A stretch of 64,000 bases of DNA from Squalus acanthias. Its lineage: Eukaryota. Below, piece after piece: positions 13,278 through 26,090 of the stretch. Position 1 is the stretch's first letter. Every line of letters starts with the position of its first letter. Location of the stretch: the NCBI GenBank assembly GCA_030390025.1, contig CM059432.1:36396001-36460000 (forward strand), in the 5' to 3' direction. The notes below the pieces were generated by a model, which made no database searches, had not been told where the DNA came from, and saw only the letters and a list, made by a program, of their open reading frames with translations. The translations under genes and the position numbers were made by a program.

Positions 13278-13855
13278 CTACAGGGCCTTGGTGAGACCAC
13301 ACCTTGAGTACTGTGTGCAGTTTTGGTCGCCTTATCTGAGGAAGGATGTTCTTGCCATGGAAGGAGTTCAGCGAAGATTCACAAGGCTGATACCTGGGAT
13401 GACTTATGAAGAGAGATTGGGTCGATTGGGCTTATACTCACTGGCGTTTAGAAGAATGAGAGGGGATCTCATTGAAACTTATAAAATTCTGACAGGACAG
13501 GACAAACTAGATGCAGGAAGGGTGTTCCCGATGGTCGGGGAGTCCAGAACCAGGGGTCGCAGTCTAAGGATAAGGGGTAAGCCATTTAGGACAGAAATGA
13601 GGAGGAATTTCTTCACCCAGAGAGTGGTGAACCTGTGGAATTCTCTGCCACAGAAGGCAGTAGAGGCCAATTCATTAAATAGATTCAAGAAGGAGTTGGA
13701 TATATTTCTTAAGGCTAAAGGGATCAAGGATATGGGGAGAAAGCAGGGACAGGGTATTGAATTTGGATGATCAGCCATGATCGCATTGAATGGCGGAGCA
13801 GGCTAGAGGGGCCGAATGGCCTACTCCTGCTCCTATCTTCTATGATTCTGTGATT
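13278..13855 (+). mobile_element. CR1 LINE 3' fragment
   Basis: ORF 13288-13770 has VRPHLEYCVQFWSP and NFFTQRVVNLWNSLP. Confidence 0.9.
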
Positions 13856-14294
13856 CACCATACTTCAAGTTGGTCATTTTCTTTTTGAATGCCATTGTCT
13901 TTTACTATCCCTTGCCCCATTCTCCCACCCCGGCAATCACTCTTTCTAGGTTACAGCTACGTGGGCACTGGCTGCTGTCCGATATCTTGCGCATATGGCC
14001 ACTCTCGATATAGAATGAGACTGAGTGCTGGCAGGATGTTTTGAGTATTGTGGCCAATTGACTGAGAGGCATCACAACTAAGCCTGAACCTGTCCTCATC
14101 CAACATTCTCTCAACCCCCCCCCCCCCACCCCCACAGATCCTTTCTAACGGAGAGGAGGGGGTCACCTGGATGGTGATAAAGAGCAGGAACTGTCAGCTA
14201 ATCCACCCACCCAAGACGAAAGGCTACTTGAGCAAGGTAATAGAGAGCTGCTAGTACACGTAGAACCGTATCCCAAGCAAGAGTCAGTGCCTTA

Positions 14295-15345
14295 AGAACA
14301 TAGAACATAAGAAATAGGAGTAGGCAGGACGGACCCTCAAGCCTGCTCTGCCATTCAATAAGAGTGAGAAGTCGCACAACACCAGGTTATAGTCCAACAG
14401 CTTTATTTGAAATCACAAGCTTTCGGAGCGCTGCTCCAATAAGAGCATTCTGCTTCAACTCCACTTTTTCGCCCAACCCCATATCCATTGATTCCCTTCG
14501 TGTTTAAAAATCTATTGATCTCCGTCTTGAATATACTCAGCTACTAAGCATCCACAGCCCTGTGGGGTAGAGAATTCCAAAGATTCACAACCATCTGAGT
14601 GAAGACATTTCTCCTCACCTCAGTCCTAAATAGCTGACCCCTAGTTCTAGACTCTCCAGCCAGGGGAAACAGCTTCTCAGCATCTACCCTGTCAAGCCCT
14701 CGAAGAATTTTATACATTTCAATGAGATCATCTCTCATTCTTCTAAACTCCAAAGAATATAAGCCCATTCTACTCGATCTCTCTTTATTGGACAGCCCCC
14801 TCATTCCAGAAATCAATCTAATGAGCCTTTGTTGCACCCCCTTTAAGGCAAGTATATCCTTCTTTAGGCAAGGAGACTAAAACTGTACACAGTACTCCCG
14901 GTGTGGCCTTGTGGTCTCCCCAAAACCCTATAATTGCAGCAAGACTTCCTTACTTTTGTACTCCAACCCTCTTGCAATAAAGGCTAACATACCATTTGCC
15001 TTCCTAATTGCTTGCTGTACCTGAATGTTAACTTTGATTCGTGTACAAGGACACCCAAATCCCTCTGCATACCAACATTTACTAGTTTCGCAGTCTTTAA
15101 AAAAAAAAAATTCTGCTTTTCCATTCTTCCTACCAAAATGGATAATTTCGCATTTCCCCACATTATAATCCATCTGCCACCTTCTTGCCCACTCACTTAA
15201 CCTGTCTATATCCCATTGCAGGCTCTTTGCATCCTCCTCACAGCTTACTTTCCTACCTAATTTTGTATCGTCAGCAAACTTGGATACATTGGACTCAGTC
15301 CCCTCGTCTAAGTCATTAATAGATTGTAAATAGCTGAGGCCCAAG
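14295..15345 (-). mobile_element. CR1 LINE 3' portion
   Basis: ORFs 14544-14837 and 14928-15428 ([17 protein letters not shown]). Confidence 0.85.
14364..14437 (-). mobile_element. 74-bp Penelope pLTR fragment inserted in a CR1 tail
   Basis: Identical to 53641-53714; flanked by the direct repeat CAATAAGAG (14356-14364, 14437-14445). Confidence 0.75.
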
Positions 15346-15429
15346 TGACTACACTTCAAAAAGTAGTTCATTGGCTGTAAAGTGCTTTGGGGCATCCGGT
15401 GGTCGAAAAAGGTGCTATATGAATGCAAG

Positions 15430-15606
15430 TCTTTTTTCTCTTTTTCTTTTCTCTCTCTTTCTTTTCTCTCCTCTCTTTCTTTCTTTCTTTTCTCTCTCTC
15501 TTTCTTTCTCTCTCTCTCTTTCTTTCTCTTTCTTTCTCTCTTTCTTTCTCTCCTCTCTCCTCTCGCTCTCCTCTCTCTCTCTCCTTTTGTGTTCTCTCTT
15601 TCTTTC
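15430..15606. repeat. Imperfect (TC)n/(TTTC)n pyrimidine tract
   Basis: Directly visible; it extends the ...gcgctatat..gcaagtcttt tail of a SINE/L2 fragment at 15346-15430. Confidence 0.9.
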
Positions 15607-15607
15607 T

Positions 15608-15985
15608 ACATAAGAACATAAGCAGGAGTAGGCCATTTGGCCCCTCGAGCCTGCTCTGCCTTTCAGTAAGATCTTCCTCATCTCCACTTTCCTGCACTAT
15701 CCCCATATCCCTTGATTCCCTTTAATATCCAAAAATCTATCGATCTCTGTCTTGAATATACTCAACGACTGAGCCTCCACAGCCCTCTGGGGTAGAGAAT
15801 TCCAAAGATTCACCTCCCTGAGTGAAGAAATTTCTCCTCATTTCCTCCATCCTAAATGGCCGACCCCTTATTCTGAGACTGTGACCCCTGGTTCTAGACT
15901 CCCCAGCCAGGGGAAACATCCTCCCTGCATCTACCCTGTCCAGCCCTGTAAGAATTTTGTATGTTTCAATGAGATCACACACTCA

Positions 15986-16046
<61 letters not shown>

Positions 16047-16067
16047 CTCTCTTTCTCTCCTTTTCTT

Positions 16068-16110
<43 letters not shown>

Positions 16111-16970
16111 CTTGTTACAACCTGCCAACCCAAAAATGACTCATTTATTCCTACTCTGTTTTCTGTCCGTTAACCAATCCCTAGTCCATGCTAATCTATT
16201 GCACTCAATACCATGAACTCTGATCTTATGTAACAACCTCTTGTGTGGCACCTTATGGAATGCCTTTTGAAAATCCAAATAAACTGCATCCAATGGTTCC
16301 CGCCTCTTCCCCACCCCCAACTTATCTACCCTGCTAGTTACACCCTCAAAAAAAAAACTAATAGATTTGTTGAACATGATTTCCCTTTCATAAAACCATG
16401 TTGCGTCTGCCAAATCATTTGATTTTCTAAGTGCCCTGTTACTACGTCCCTAATAATAGATTCTAGCATTTTCCTTACTACTGATGTCAGGCTAACATAT
16501 TCCCTGTTTTCTCTCTCCCTTCTTTCTTGAATAGTGGGGTTACATTTGCTACCTTCCAATCCACAGGCACTGTTCTCGAATCTAGGAAATTCTGGAAGAT
16601 CAAAACAAGCACATCCACTATCTCTGCAGCCACCTCTTTTAAAACCCTAGCATGAAGGCCTTCAGGTAATGGGGATTTGTTGGCTTTTAGTCCCATTAAT
16701 TTCTCTAGTAATTTTTCTTTACTAATATGAATTACTTTAAGATCCTCACTCATTAGACCCTTGGTTCCCCACTATTTCTGGTATTTTTTTGTCTTCTATT
16801 GTGAAGACAGATACAAAATATTTGTTTAATGTCTCTGCCATTTCCTTATTCCCCATTATAATTTCTTCTGTCTCTGCCTCTAAGGGACCCACGTTTACTT
16901 CCGCTAATCTCTTCCTTTTAACCTACTTGTAGAAGTTCTTGCAATCTGTTTTTATATTTCTTGCTAGTTC
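15608..16970 (-). mobile_element. CR1 LINE fragments with internal deletion
   Basis: ORFs show YLDFQKAFHKVPH, WKVANVTPLFKK and DLIETYKIL. Confidence 0.85.
15976..16102. repeat. (CA)/(TC)n microsatellite
   Basis: Directly visible long TC run inside the CR1 copy. Confidence 0.95.
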
Positions 16971-17479
16971 AGCTTAGAGGAGATGAAGGGGTGGAAATAA
17001 AAGCAAAACAGACTGCAGTAATTCTGTGCATCGAATGGCTTGTTTTAGAATTATTCAGTTGTCTGAACAGCAAGTTCAGCCAGAAGTCAAAATCTCTCTT
17101 ATTTCTCCCTCCATTATGTAGGCTGCTCTGGTTGCTGCTTATTGGAGCTCCAGGGCAAATGGGTGGAAATGTAGAAAAATGCTGTGCAATGGGAGACTAT
17201 TAATAAACTCTTGCAGTGCTTTCAGACTGCTGTGTAATAGGATTCAGAATTCGTTTTTGGAAAAACAGAATAAAGCTGTCAAATAATTTCGAATCGCCAG
17301 ACAATAATTTGATTACCCAGGCCTTGAACATTTATGTGTTTTTTTTTGAAGATTTTCTCTTGGAAGGTAGCGACTCGTTCCTGGGCTATAGTTTCATGCG
17401 CATTGGGTGCTGTCCCATACATTACCAGTGATCATCCTTCATGCCTGAGGGTAGATAGTAAATTAGGTCTGCACAGAGC

Positions 17480-20400
17480 GGATTAAACAGAGTGCACTTA
17501 AACAGAGTGTTTTATTTGGGAATTTGGAGAGTGGGAATTCAGAGAAAAGGGGGAAGGAGTTGCTGCTTTTTGCCTGCTTTGTGTTTTGTGTTACAGGTAG
17601 ATATTTAATTTCATTTACCCATAACTTAATCTAGATCAAGTAAGTAGTCAAGAAACTAAACTGTAAACTAAGTTACTTAAATACAAATTTAATTAAATTA
17701 ACAAGGTTGTATAGGGATGGCAGTACAGGTGGTGTACTGCAGCATGTAGGAGTTTGTGGAGAACATTGTGATCCAGGACAAACACGTTTGCAGTAAGTGC
17801 CTGCATCTTGAGGAACTTCAGCTCAGAGTTGTTGAGCTGGAGTCTGAAGTGCAGACATTGCAGGGCATCAGGGAGGGTGAGAGTTACCTGGACACTTTGA
17901 TCCAGGAGACAGTTAGGTTAGGTAGTGGTACAGGTCTGGTTAGTGGTCAGGGACAGGAGGGTGTGACTGCAACTCAGGCAGGTAAGGGGACCCCAGGTGC
18001 AGTGCTGGAGGAGCCTCGACCTTTGCCTTCATCCAACAGGTATGAGGTTCTTGCTGCCTGTGTGGATGAGGGAAAAGCCTGCAGGATGGATGAGCAAGCT
18101 GACCATGGTGCAGGAGACCATTCAAGTGGGGGAGTGAAAGGGAATGTAGTTGTGGTAGGGGGCAGTATAGTCAGAGGAGATAGATTCTATTCTCTGCAGC
18201 CGCGACCGGGAGTTCCAAAGGTTGTGTTGCCTGCCTGGTGCCAGGGTTATAGACATCTCCTCGCAGCTGGAGAAGAACTTGGAGGGGGAGGATCCAGTTG
18301 TCGTGGTCCACGTAGGAACCAACGACATAGGTAGAACTAGGAATGAGGTTCTGCTGAGGGAGTTTGAGGAGTTGGGGTCCAAATTAAAAAGCAGAACCTC
18401 AAAGGTGGTAATCTCTGGATTGTTACCTGAGCCATGTGCCAATTGGCATAGGGATAAGCATATTAGAAGGTTAAATGCGTGGCTCAAAGAGTGGTGTGGG
18501 AGGCGGGGATTTTGCTTAATGGGGCACTGGCACCAGTACTGGGGGAAGAGGGAGCTGCTCCGTTGGGACAGGCTCCACTTAAACTGAGCTGAAACCAGTG
18601 TCCTGGCAAATCGAATAACTAGGGTAGTAGACGGCTTTAAACTAATGAAGTGGGGGTGGGAGGATTCGGGAAAGAGTAAATTTAAAAGCAGCAAGAAAAT
18701 TTCAAGGCTCTGGAGCAGAGCAGAGTTTTGGGTAAAAATAAGCAGTGGGTCAGGAAGGGTTAGAGTAACAAAGTTAATAAGGCATCAGTGACTAAGGTGA
18801 CATCAGGGAAAAATAGAAAAAAGCTAAAGGCACTATATTTGAATGCACGAAGCATTTGCAACAAAATAGATGAATTAATAGCACAGATAGAAATTAATAA
18901 GTTTGATCTAATAGCCATTACGAAGACATTGTTGCAAAGTGACCAAGGTTGGGAACTAAATATTCCAGGATACTTAACTTTCAGAAGAGATGGGCAAAAT
19001 GGAAAAGGAGGAGGGATAGCCCTGATAAAGGATGGGCTAAAGACAGTAGAGAGAAAGGATCTAAGCTCGGAAAATCAAGAAGCTGAATCAGTTTGAGTGG
19101 AGCTAAGCAACAGCAAGGGGCAGAAAACATTGGTGGGAGTTGTTTATAGGCCCCCAAACAGTAGTTGTAATGAAGGGCAGAGTATAAATTAGGAAATTAG
19201 AGGTGCATGTAACAAGGGTAATACAGTAATCATGTGGGACTTTAATCTACATATAGACTGGGCAAACCAAATTTGCAGTCATAGTGTGGTGGACGAATTC
19301 ATGGAATATATACAAGATTAATATAAGTAGAGAAAAAGTACTAGAGAAACTAATGGGACTTAAAGCTGACAAATCCCCTGGACTTGATGGCCTACATCCT
19401 AGGGTTCTAAAAGAGGTGGCTGAAGAGATAGTGGATACATTGGTTTTGATCTTCCAAAATTCCCTAGATTCTGGAATGGTCCCAGCGGATTGGAAGGTCA
19501 CAAATGTAACACCGCTATTCAAGAAAGGAGGGAGAGGTAAAAACAGGGAACTACAGGCCAGTTAGCCTGACATCAGCCGTCGGGAAAATGCTGGAATCCA
19601 TTGTTAAGGAAGTGGTATTAAGTCACTTAGAAAATCATAACATGATAGGCAGAGTCAACATTGTTTTATGAAAGGGAAATCGTGTTTTTTTGAGGATGTA
19701 ACTAGCAGGGTAGATAAAGGGGAACCAGTGGATGTAGTTTATTTGGATTTCCAAGAGGCATTTGATAAGGTGCCACCCAAGAGGTTATTACACAAGATTA
19801 GGGCTCATGGGGTTGGGGATAATAAAGTAGCATGGATAGAGGATTGGTTAACGGACAGAAAACAGAGAGTAGGGATAAACGGATCTTTTTCAGGTTGGCA
19901 GGCTGTAACTAGTGGGGTGCCGCAAGGATCAGTGTTGGGGCCTCAGCTATTTACAATCTATATTAATGACCTAGATGAAGGGACAGAGTGTAATGTATCC
20001 AAGTTTGCTGATGATACAAAGTTAGGTGGGAAAGTAAGCTATGAGGAGGACGCAGAGAGGCTAGAGAGAGAGAGATATAGACCGGTTGACTGAGTGGGCA
20101 AGAACATGGCAAATGGAATGCAATGTGGGGAAGTGTGAAGTTATCCACTTTGGTAGGAAAAGCAAAAAAGCAGAATATTTTTTGAATGGTGAGAGACTGG
20201 GAAATGTTTGCATTCAGAGGGACCTGGGTGTCCTTGTACATGAATAACATAAAGTTAACATGAAGGTACAGCAAGCAATTAGGAAAGCAAAATGGTATGT
20301 TTGCTTTTGTTACAAAGGGATTAGAGTATAAGAGTAAAGAAGTCTTACTACAATTATACAGGGTATTGGTGAGGCCACACCTGGAGTACTGTGTACAGTT

Positions 20401-20925
20401 CTGGTCTCCTTACCTAAGGAAAGACATACTTGCCTTAGTGGGAGTGCAACGAAGGTTCACTAGACTGGTTCCTGGGATGAGGGGATTGCCCTATGAGGAG
20501 TGATTGAGTAGAATAGGCCGATATTCCCTAGAGTTTAGAAGAATGAGAGGCGATCTAATTGAAACATCATATTCTTGCAGGGCTTGACAGGGTTAATGCT
20601 GAGAAAATGTTTCCCCTGGCTGGGGAATCTAGAACACGGGGTCACAGTCTCAGAATAAGGGGTTGGACATTTAGGACATAGATGAGGAGAAATTTTTTCA
20701 CTCAAAGGGTTGTGATTGTTTGGACTTCTCTGCCCCAGAGAGCTGTGGATACTCGGTCATTGAGTATCTTCAAGACAGGTCGATAAATATTTGGGAATTA
20801 AGGGATATGGGGATAGTGCGGGAAGGTGGAGTTGAGGTAGAAGATCAGCCATGATCTTGTTGAATGGCGGAACAGGCTCGAAGGGCCAAATGTCCTACTC
20901 CAGCTCCTAGTTCTTATATTCTTAT
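17480..20925 (+). mobile_element. Near full-length CR1 LINE (5' UTR, ORF1, ORF2 with internal deletion), inactivated
   Basis: ORF1 remnant, then APE endonuclease start (LYLNARSI, DLIAITKT), then RT ([26 protein letters not shown]) and 3' tail. The 5' boundary is approximate. Confidence 0.85.
17717..18640 (+). pseudogene. CR1 ORF1 remnant: zinc-finger/leucine-zipper plus SGNH esterase domain
   Basis: CSKC followed by an L-rich heptad segment; VVVVGGSIVRG, CLPGA, VVVHVGTND and DRLHLN match the esterase blocks of CR1 ORF1. Frameshifted. Confidence 0.8.
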
Positions 20926-21464
20926 GTGATGGGTGGGGGGTGGGAAGGCCTGAGCTAAATTTGATTCTCCATTGATATTGGTGTCGGTCACTACAAAGTG
21001 ATCGCAATCTTGATTTTTTCTTCATTTCTCTCCTCTCAGCACAGAATTGAATGTGCCACTTAACCGATCTGTATGGTTCATTTCCCCATAGGGGCAGTGA
21101 ACTAGCAACTAAGCTGTCAGGATTGCTACTTATATTTTATTTTTAATTCTCTGGGCATCTCCAGTGCTGCCAATTGGGAATCTTCACCCTGAGGAGCTCA
21201 GTTATCCCACCTGCCGGTTGGAATGGCAACACATTTTATCTATGAAGTGGTCCTTTAGTGGAAAATGCAGAAAGTTAAGTATCCCAGTAATTCCTTTAGT
21301 TATAAGAAAAAAAATCTTAGCCCTCATTTATAAGGACATCAGAAAAGTCAGGAATGGAAAATAGATGTTCAGTCTATATTTTTTATTCCTTCTCGGGATG
21401 TGGGTGTCTCTGGCAAGGCCAGCATTTATTGTGCATCCCTAGTTGCTTTGAGAAGCTGGTGATA

Positions 21465-21965
21465 CAACTTGCATTGGAGGCAGATCAGAGAAGGTTCACT
21501 AGGTTGATTCCTGGGATGGAAGGGTTGTATTATGAGGAAAGGTTGGGCCTATACTCATTGGAATTTAGAAGAATGAGAGGTAATTTTATTGAAACATATA
21601 AGATTCTGAGGGGTTTGGACAGGGTAGATGCTGAGAGGATGTTTCCCCTCGGGGGGGAATCTGGAACGAGGGGGCATAGTCTCAGAATAAGGGGTCATCC
21701 ATTTAAGACAAAGATGAGGAGGAATTTCTTCTCTGAGGGTCATGAATCTTTGGAATTCTTTACCCCAGAGAGCTGTGGAAGCTGAGTCATTGAATATATT
21801 CAAGGCGGAGATAGACAGATTTTTGAGCAACAGGGGAGTCGAGGGTTATGGGGAGCGGGCAGGAAAGTGGAGATGAGGCCAAAATCAGATCAGCCATGAT
21901 CTCATTAAATGGCGGAGCAGGCTCGGTGGGGGGGGGGGGCCGAATGGCCTGCTCCTGCTCCTATT
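21465..21965 (+). mobile_element. CR1 LINE 3' fragment
   Basis: QRRFTRLIPG and IETYKILRGLDRVD in ORF 21354-21785. Confidence 0.85.
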
Positions 21966-21967
21966 TA

Positions 21968-22950
21968 AGAACATAAGAAATAGGAGCAGGAATAGGCCAC
22001 TTGGCCCCTCGAGCCTACTCTGCCATTCAATAAGATCATGGCTGATCTTGGGCTCAAAGCCACTTCCCTGCCCGCTCCCCATAACCCTTCACTCTCTCAT
22101 CTTGCAAAAATCTGTCTCTCTCCACCTTAAATGTATTTAATGACCCAGCCTCCACAGCTCTCTGGGGCAGAGAATTCCACAGATTTATGACCCTCTGAGA
22201 GAAGCAATTCCTCCTCATCTCAGTTCTAAAAGGGCGACCCTTTATTCTGAAACTATTCCCCCGAGTTCTAGATTTCCCCAGGAGGGGGAACATCCCCTCT
22301 GCATCTACCTTGTCGAGCCCCCTCAGTATCTTATGTTTCAATAAGATCACCTCCCATTCTTCTAAATTCCAATGAGTATAGGCCCAACCTGCTCAACCTT
22401 TCTTCATAAGTCAACCCCCTCATCTCAGGAATCAACTGTGTGAATCGTCTCTGAACTGCCTCCAATGCAAGTATATCCTTCCTTAAATAAGGAGACCAAA
22501 ACTGTACGCAGTACTCAAGGTGTGGTCTCACCAATACCCTGTTCAGTTGTAGCAGGACTTCCCTGCTTTTATACTCCAACCACCTTGCAATAAAGGCCAA
22601 CATTCCATTTGCCTTTTTGATTACTTGCTGTACCTGCATGCTAACTTTTTGTGTTTCATGCACAAGGACCACCAGGTCCCTCTGAACTGTAGCATTTTGG
22701 AATCTCTCTCCATTTAAATAATAATTTGCTTTTTTATTTTTCCTGCCAAAGTGGATAACCTCTCACTTTCCCACATTATACTCCATCTGCCAAATGTTTG
22801 CCCACTTACTTAGCCTGTCTATCTCCCTTTGCAGATTCTTTGAGTCCTCTGCACAACTTGCTTTCCCATCCATCTTTGTATCATCCGCAAACTTGGCTAC
22901 ATTACACTCGATCCCTTCATTCAAGTCATTAATGTAGATTGTAAATAGTT
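21968..22950 (-). mobile_element. CR1 LINE 3' fragment, tail-to-tail with the previous copy
   Basis: ORFs 22054-22350 and 22331-22672 (VRPHLEYCVQFWSP). Confidence 0.9.
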
Positions 22951-24374
22951 AAATAGTAATTAATTGTAAATAAATTGTAAATATTAATTATTGTAAATAA
23001 ATAATTTCTTATGTTATGTAATTGAGTGGCTTGCAGGCCACTTTGGACGGAAATTAAGAGTCTTGGACCGTTCATTTCACAACAGTTCTTGACTTGTAGG
23101 TTTGGTTGTACCAGCTACACCAGGAGCCCTAGGAAGATCAGGCTGTTGTCTACTGTTTCACTGACTGAATGTGGCTAGGGACTTGTTAGTTTCAAAGTCT
23201 AATTCCTAAAGCATCTCAACTGCCAGAAGGTCAATCTAATCAAAGATTCTTTTTTTAATTCCTTGGACGTATAAAAATGTACTTTTGCACTGAACATTAA
23301 GGAGAATTTATGCAGGAGATAATATAATGGGGCAAATGGGAGAATGTATGGAGATTAACTGGAGTGTTTTCCATATCCTGCTAATTTATTTGCAGCTAAG
23401 CTGATCCTGATATGCAAAACTCATGAAGATGATTCTCTATCATTAATGTTAATTTTGAGGGCATTTTATTGTACCTCTAACTGTGCTGATCCCAGGCAAG
23501 CTGTACTGATTGATGTGAGAGCAAGCTTGCTGCACTTGCTCGCATAGGAGCAACAATCTGATCTGCTTGGCTCACCCACGTTGGAAAGTGATGGTCCTGG
23601 TAGGGTTGTAGGAACACTGCTCTGTTGAATTTTTTTTTTCCTTTCCCAGTTTTCTCCTCTCTTGAGCAATGGTAATTCATGCAGGAGTAAAGTTGTAGAA
23701 GTGTTGGCAGCCCTCCTGTGCACTACTCAAATAGCATTGTGTGACACTAGAACATGAGAGCGTGAGCAGGATATTTTATCGGAAGGTGTCAGTACTGCAC
23801 CCGAGCGTGCTCCTGCTCTTGCCCAACATCCATCGGCTGACGGACCACGAGTCAAACTGGGCACCATCTGGGTCTTTGTTGCTCGGTTGCACATGGGTGC
23901 ATTTAACGCCAAATCATTGGGAGCATCAAAATTAATTACAGTTGGCTGAATTACAGTAAAGCAGAGTGATTTTTGAAGGCGATACCCTAATATAAATGCA
24001 GTCAAACTAATGTTTTTTAAGGGTCAGCCTATGGAGTACTCACCCATGCCTTTTCTCAGAATTTTTTTTTAGCACTGCTATATTTATAACTTGGTACAGT
24101 ACTATATCAGAGAAGTGTTGGGTTAGCCTAGCTGTTTGGAGTTTTGTGCCTTGAAATCATGGTATTCAGTGTATAAAGGCTTAGTGCATTCATACGAAAT
24201 TCCTTCTGTATCTTTGGTTTTAAATGGGTAACTGCCCTTGTTAAAATAGCAGGCAATTGAATTCCATGTGAGTGGGTTAAGCTTTCGTGCGTTGATGTTC
24301 AAATAGACAAATTTCAAGGCATTGGTTTCAAAATGCAACTCTGGAGAAAAGTCAGTTGGCAGTCTTTTTTAAGA

Positions 24375-25210
24375 ACCATCGCAGAATCTTGCAGCACTGA
24401 AGGAGGCCATCATGCCTTTGCTGGCTGTTTAAAAGAGCTATCCAATTTAGTTCCACACTCCAGATTTTTCCCCATAACCCTGCAAATTAGTCCTCTTCAA
24501 GTACATGTCCAGTTTTGAAAGTTCCTATGGAATCTGCTTCCACCACCCTTTCAGGTAGTGCGTGTGAAAACATTTTCTCCTCATTTCCGCTCTAGTTCTT
24601 TTGCCAGTTATTTTAAATCTATGACCTCTGGTTAGCAACCCACTTGTCAGAGGAAACAGTTTCTCCCTACTTTCTCTATCAAAACCCCTCATAAGTTTGA
24701 ATATCTCTGTTAAATCTCCCCTTAACCTTCTCTGCTCTAAAGAGAACAATCCCAGCTTCTCCAATCTCTCCACATAACTGAAGTCCCTCAATACTGGTAT
24801 CATCCTGGTAAGCCTCCTCTGTACCCTCTCCAAGGCTTTGACATCTTTCCCAGAATTGTACACAATACTCTTTTGTTTTTGTATTCAGTGCCCCTATTTA
24901 CAAAGCCAAGTATCGTATATGCTTTATTAAACACCTTATGAAATTTCCCTGCCATCTTCAAAGATTTGTGAATATGTATCCCCAGGTCCCTCTTGCTCTT
25001 CACCCCCTCAAAAAAAAAAAGTACCATTTTAGATTATACTGCATGTTTTTCCTCCCATAGTGCATCACTTCACATTTATCCACATTAAATTGCATCTGCC
25101 ATCTGTCTGCCCATTTCACCAGCCTATCCATGTCCTCCTGAAGTCTGCTACTATCCTGCTCACTATTAACTACTTTGCCAAGTTTTGAATCATCCACAAG
25201 CTTTGAAATT
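24375..25210 (-). mobile_element. CR1 LINE 3' fragment (different subfamily)
   Basis: LERVQRRLTRMIP, LFSLEQRRLRGDL and WQMQFNVDKCEV. Confidence 0.8.
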
Positions 25211-25381
25211 GTACTCCCGTTTCCCAAGTTCACTTTCCCTTTCTGGAATCCAGTGAGTAATTGGACAGTGTGGCGTGGTACTGAGTCATACAAGTTAGGA
25301 AGGTGCCAGGTTCCATTCCTGGTCTGCTTTGCTGGCCAATCTTACAGGTTTAGGGGAAAAAAAGTGGGATATACAATGAAT

Positions 25382-25539
25382 CGATGTTCCCTTTATTTTT
25401 TTGGGGGGGTGCGCAGCTCCTTTAACAGGATGTGCGGCCCATAAAAACCCACGCATGCGCTGGAATTTATCTATTTAAAAGCCGGTGCGCCAGCTGAACG
25501 GGAGTTCCAGACAGCTGTGGTGCCTGAACTGGAACATTG
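25382..25539. mobile_element. hAT-like MITE (158 bp)
   Basis: Ends CGATGTTCC and GGAACATTG; perfect 8-bp TSD CAATGAAT (25374-25381, 25540-25547). Confidence 0.75.
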
Positions 25540-25699
25540 CAATGAATATCATTAAATTTGCACAGTAAGGCTTGGAAAGGGACTTGGTGGTAGTAGTCGG
25601 CAGATCACTTTGTATCCAGAGTGAAGCAGGTTAAAATAAATAAATAATACAGTAGTACGATATATAGCCAGAATAGAGATCAGTAACAGTTTTATGTTA

Positions 25700-26090
25700 A
25701 TAACTTGCATATATATAGTGCCTTTACTGTAGAAAAATGTCCCGAGGCATTTCACATAGGTGTAATCAGACAAAAATGGACACTGAGCTAAAGGAAATAT
25801 TAGGATTGATGACCAAAGGTTTGGTTAAAGAGGGTCTTAAAAGGAGGAAAGGGAGTTGGACAGTCAGAGGGGTTCAGGGAGTGAATTACAAAACATGGGA
25901 CCCAGAAGGCCCCATAAAGGTGTAGTCACCGGTGGTTGGGTAAGGGAAGGAGAAATGTACAGCAGGCCAGAGTCCGAGGAACAGAGTTCTGGGAGGATTA
26001 TAGAGCTGGAGGAGGTTATTTTAAACTGGTGGCATTGGGGGACCGGGAGCCAATGTAGATCAGTGTAGTAGTGGTCATAGGTGAACAGGA
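25700..26090 (-). mobile_element. L2 LINE 3' fragment
   Basis: Starts with the aacttgcat..atatag tail shared with 29708, 33008, 45565 and 62870; encodes DLHWLPV. Confidence 0.7.

Noticed and set aside
15368..16216. Several R/E/K-rich and S/L/F-rich ORFs
   Set aside because: They are translations of TC microsatellites, not genes.
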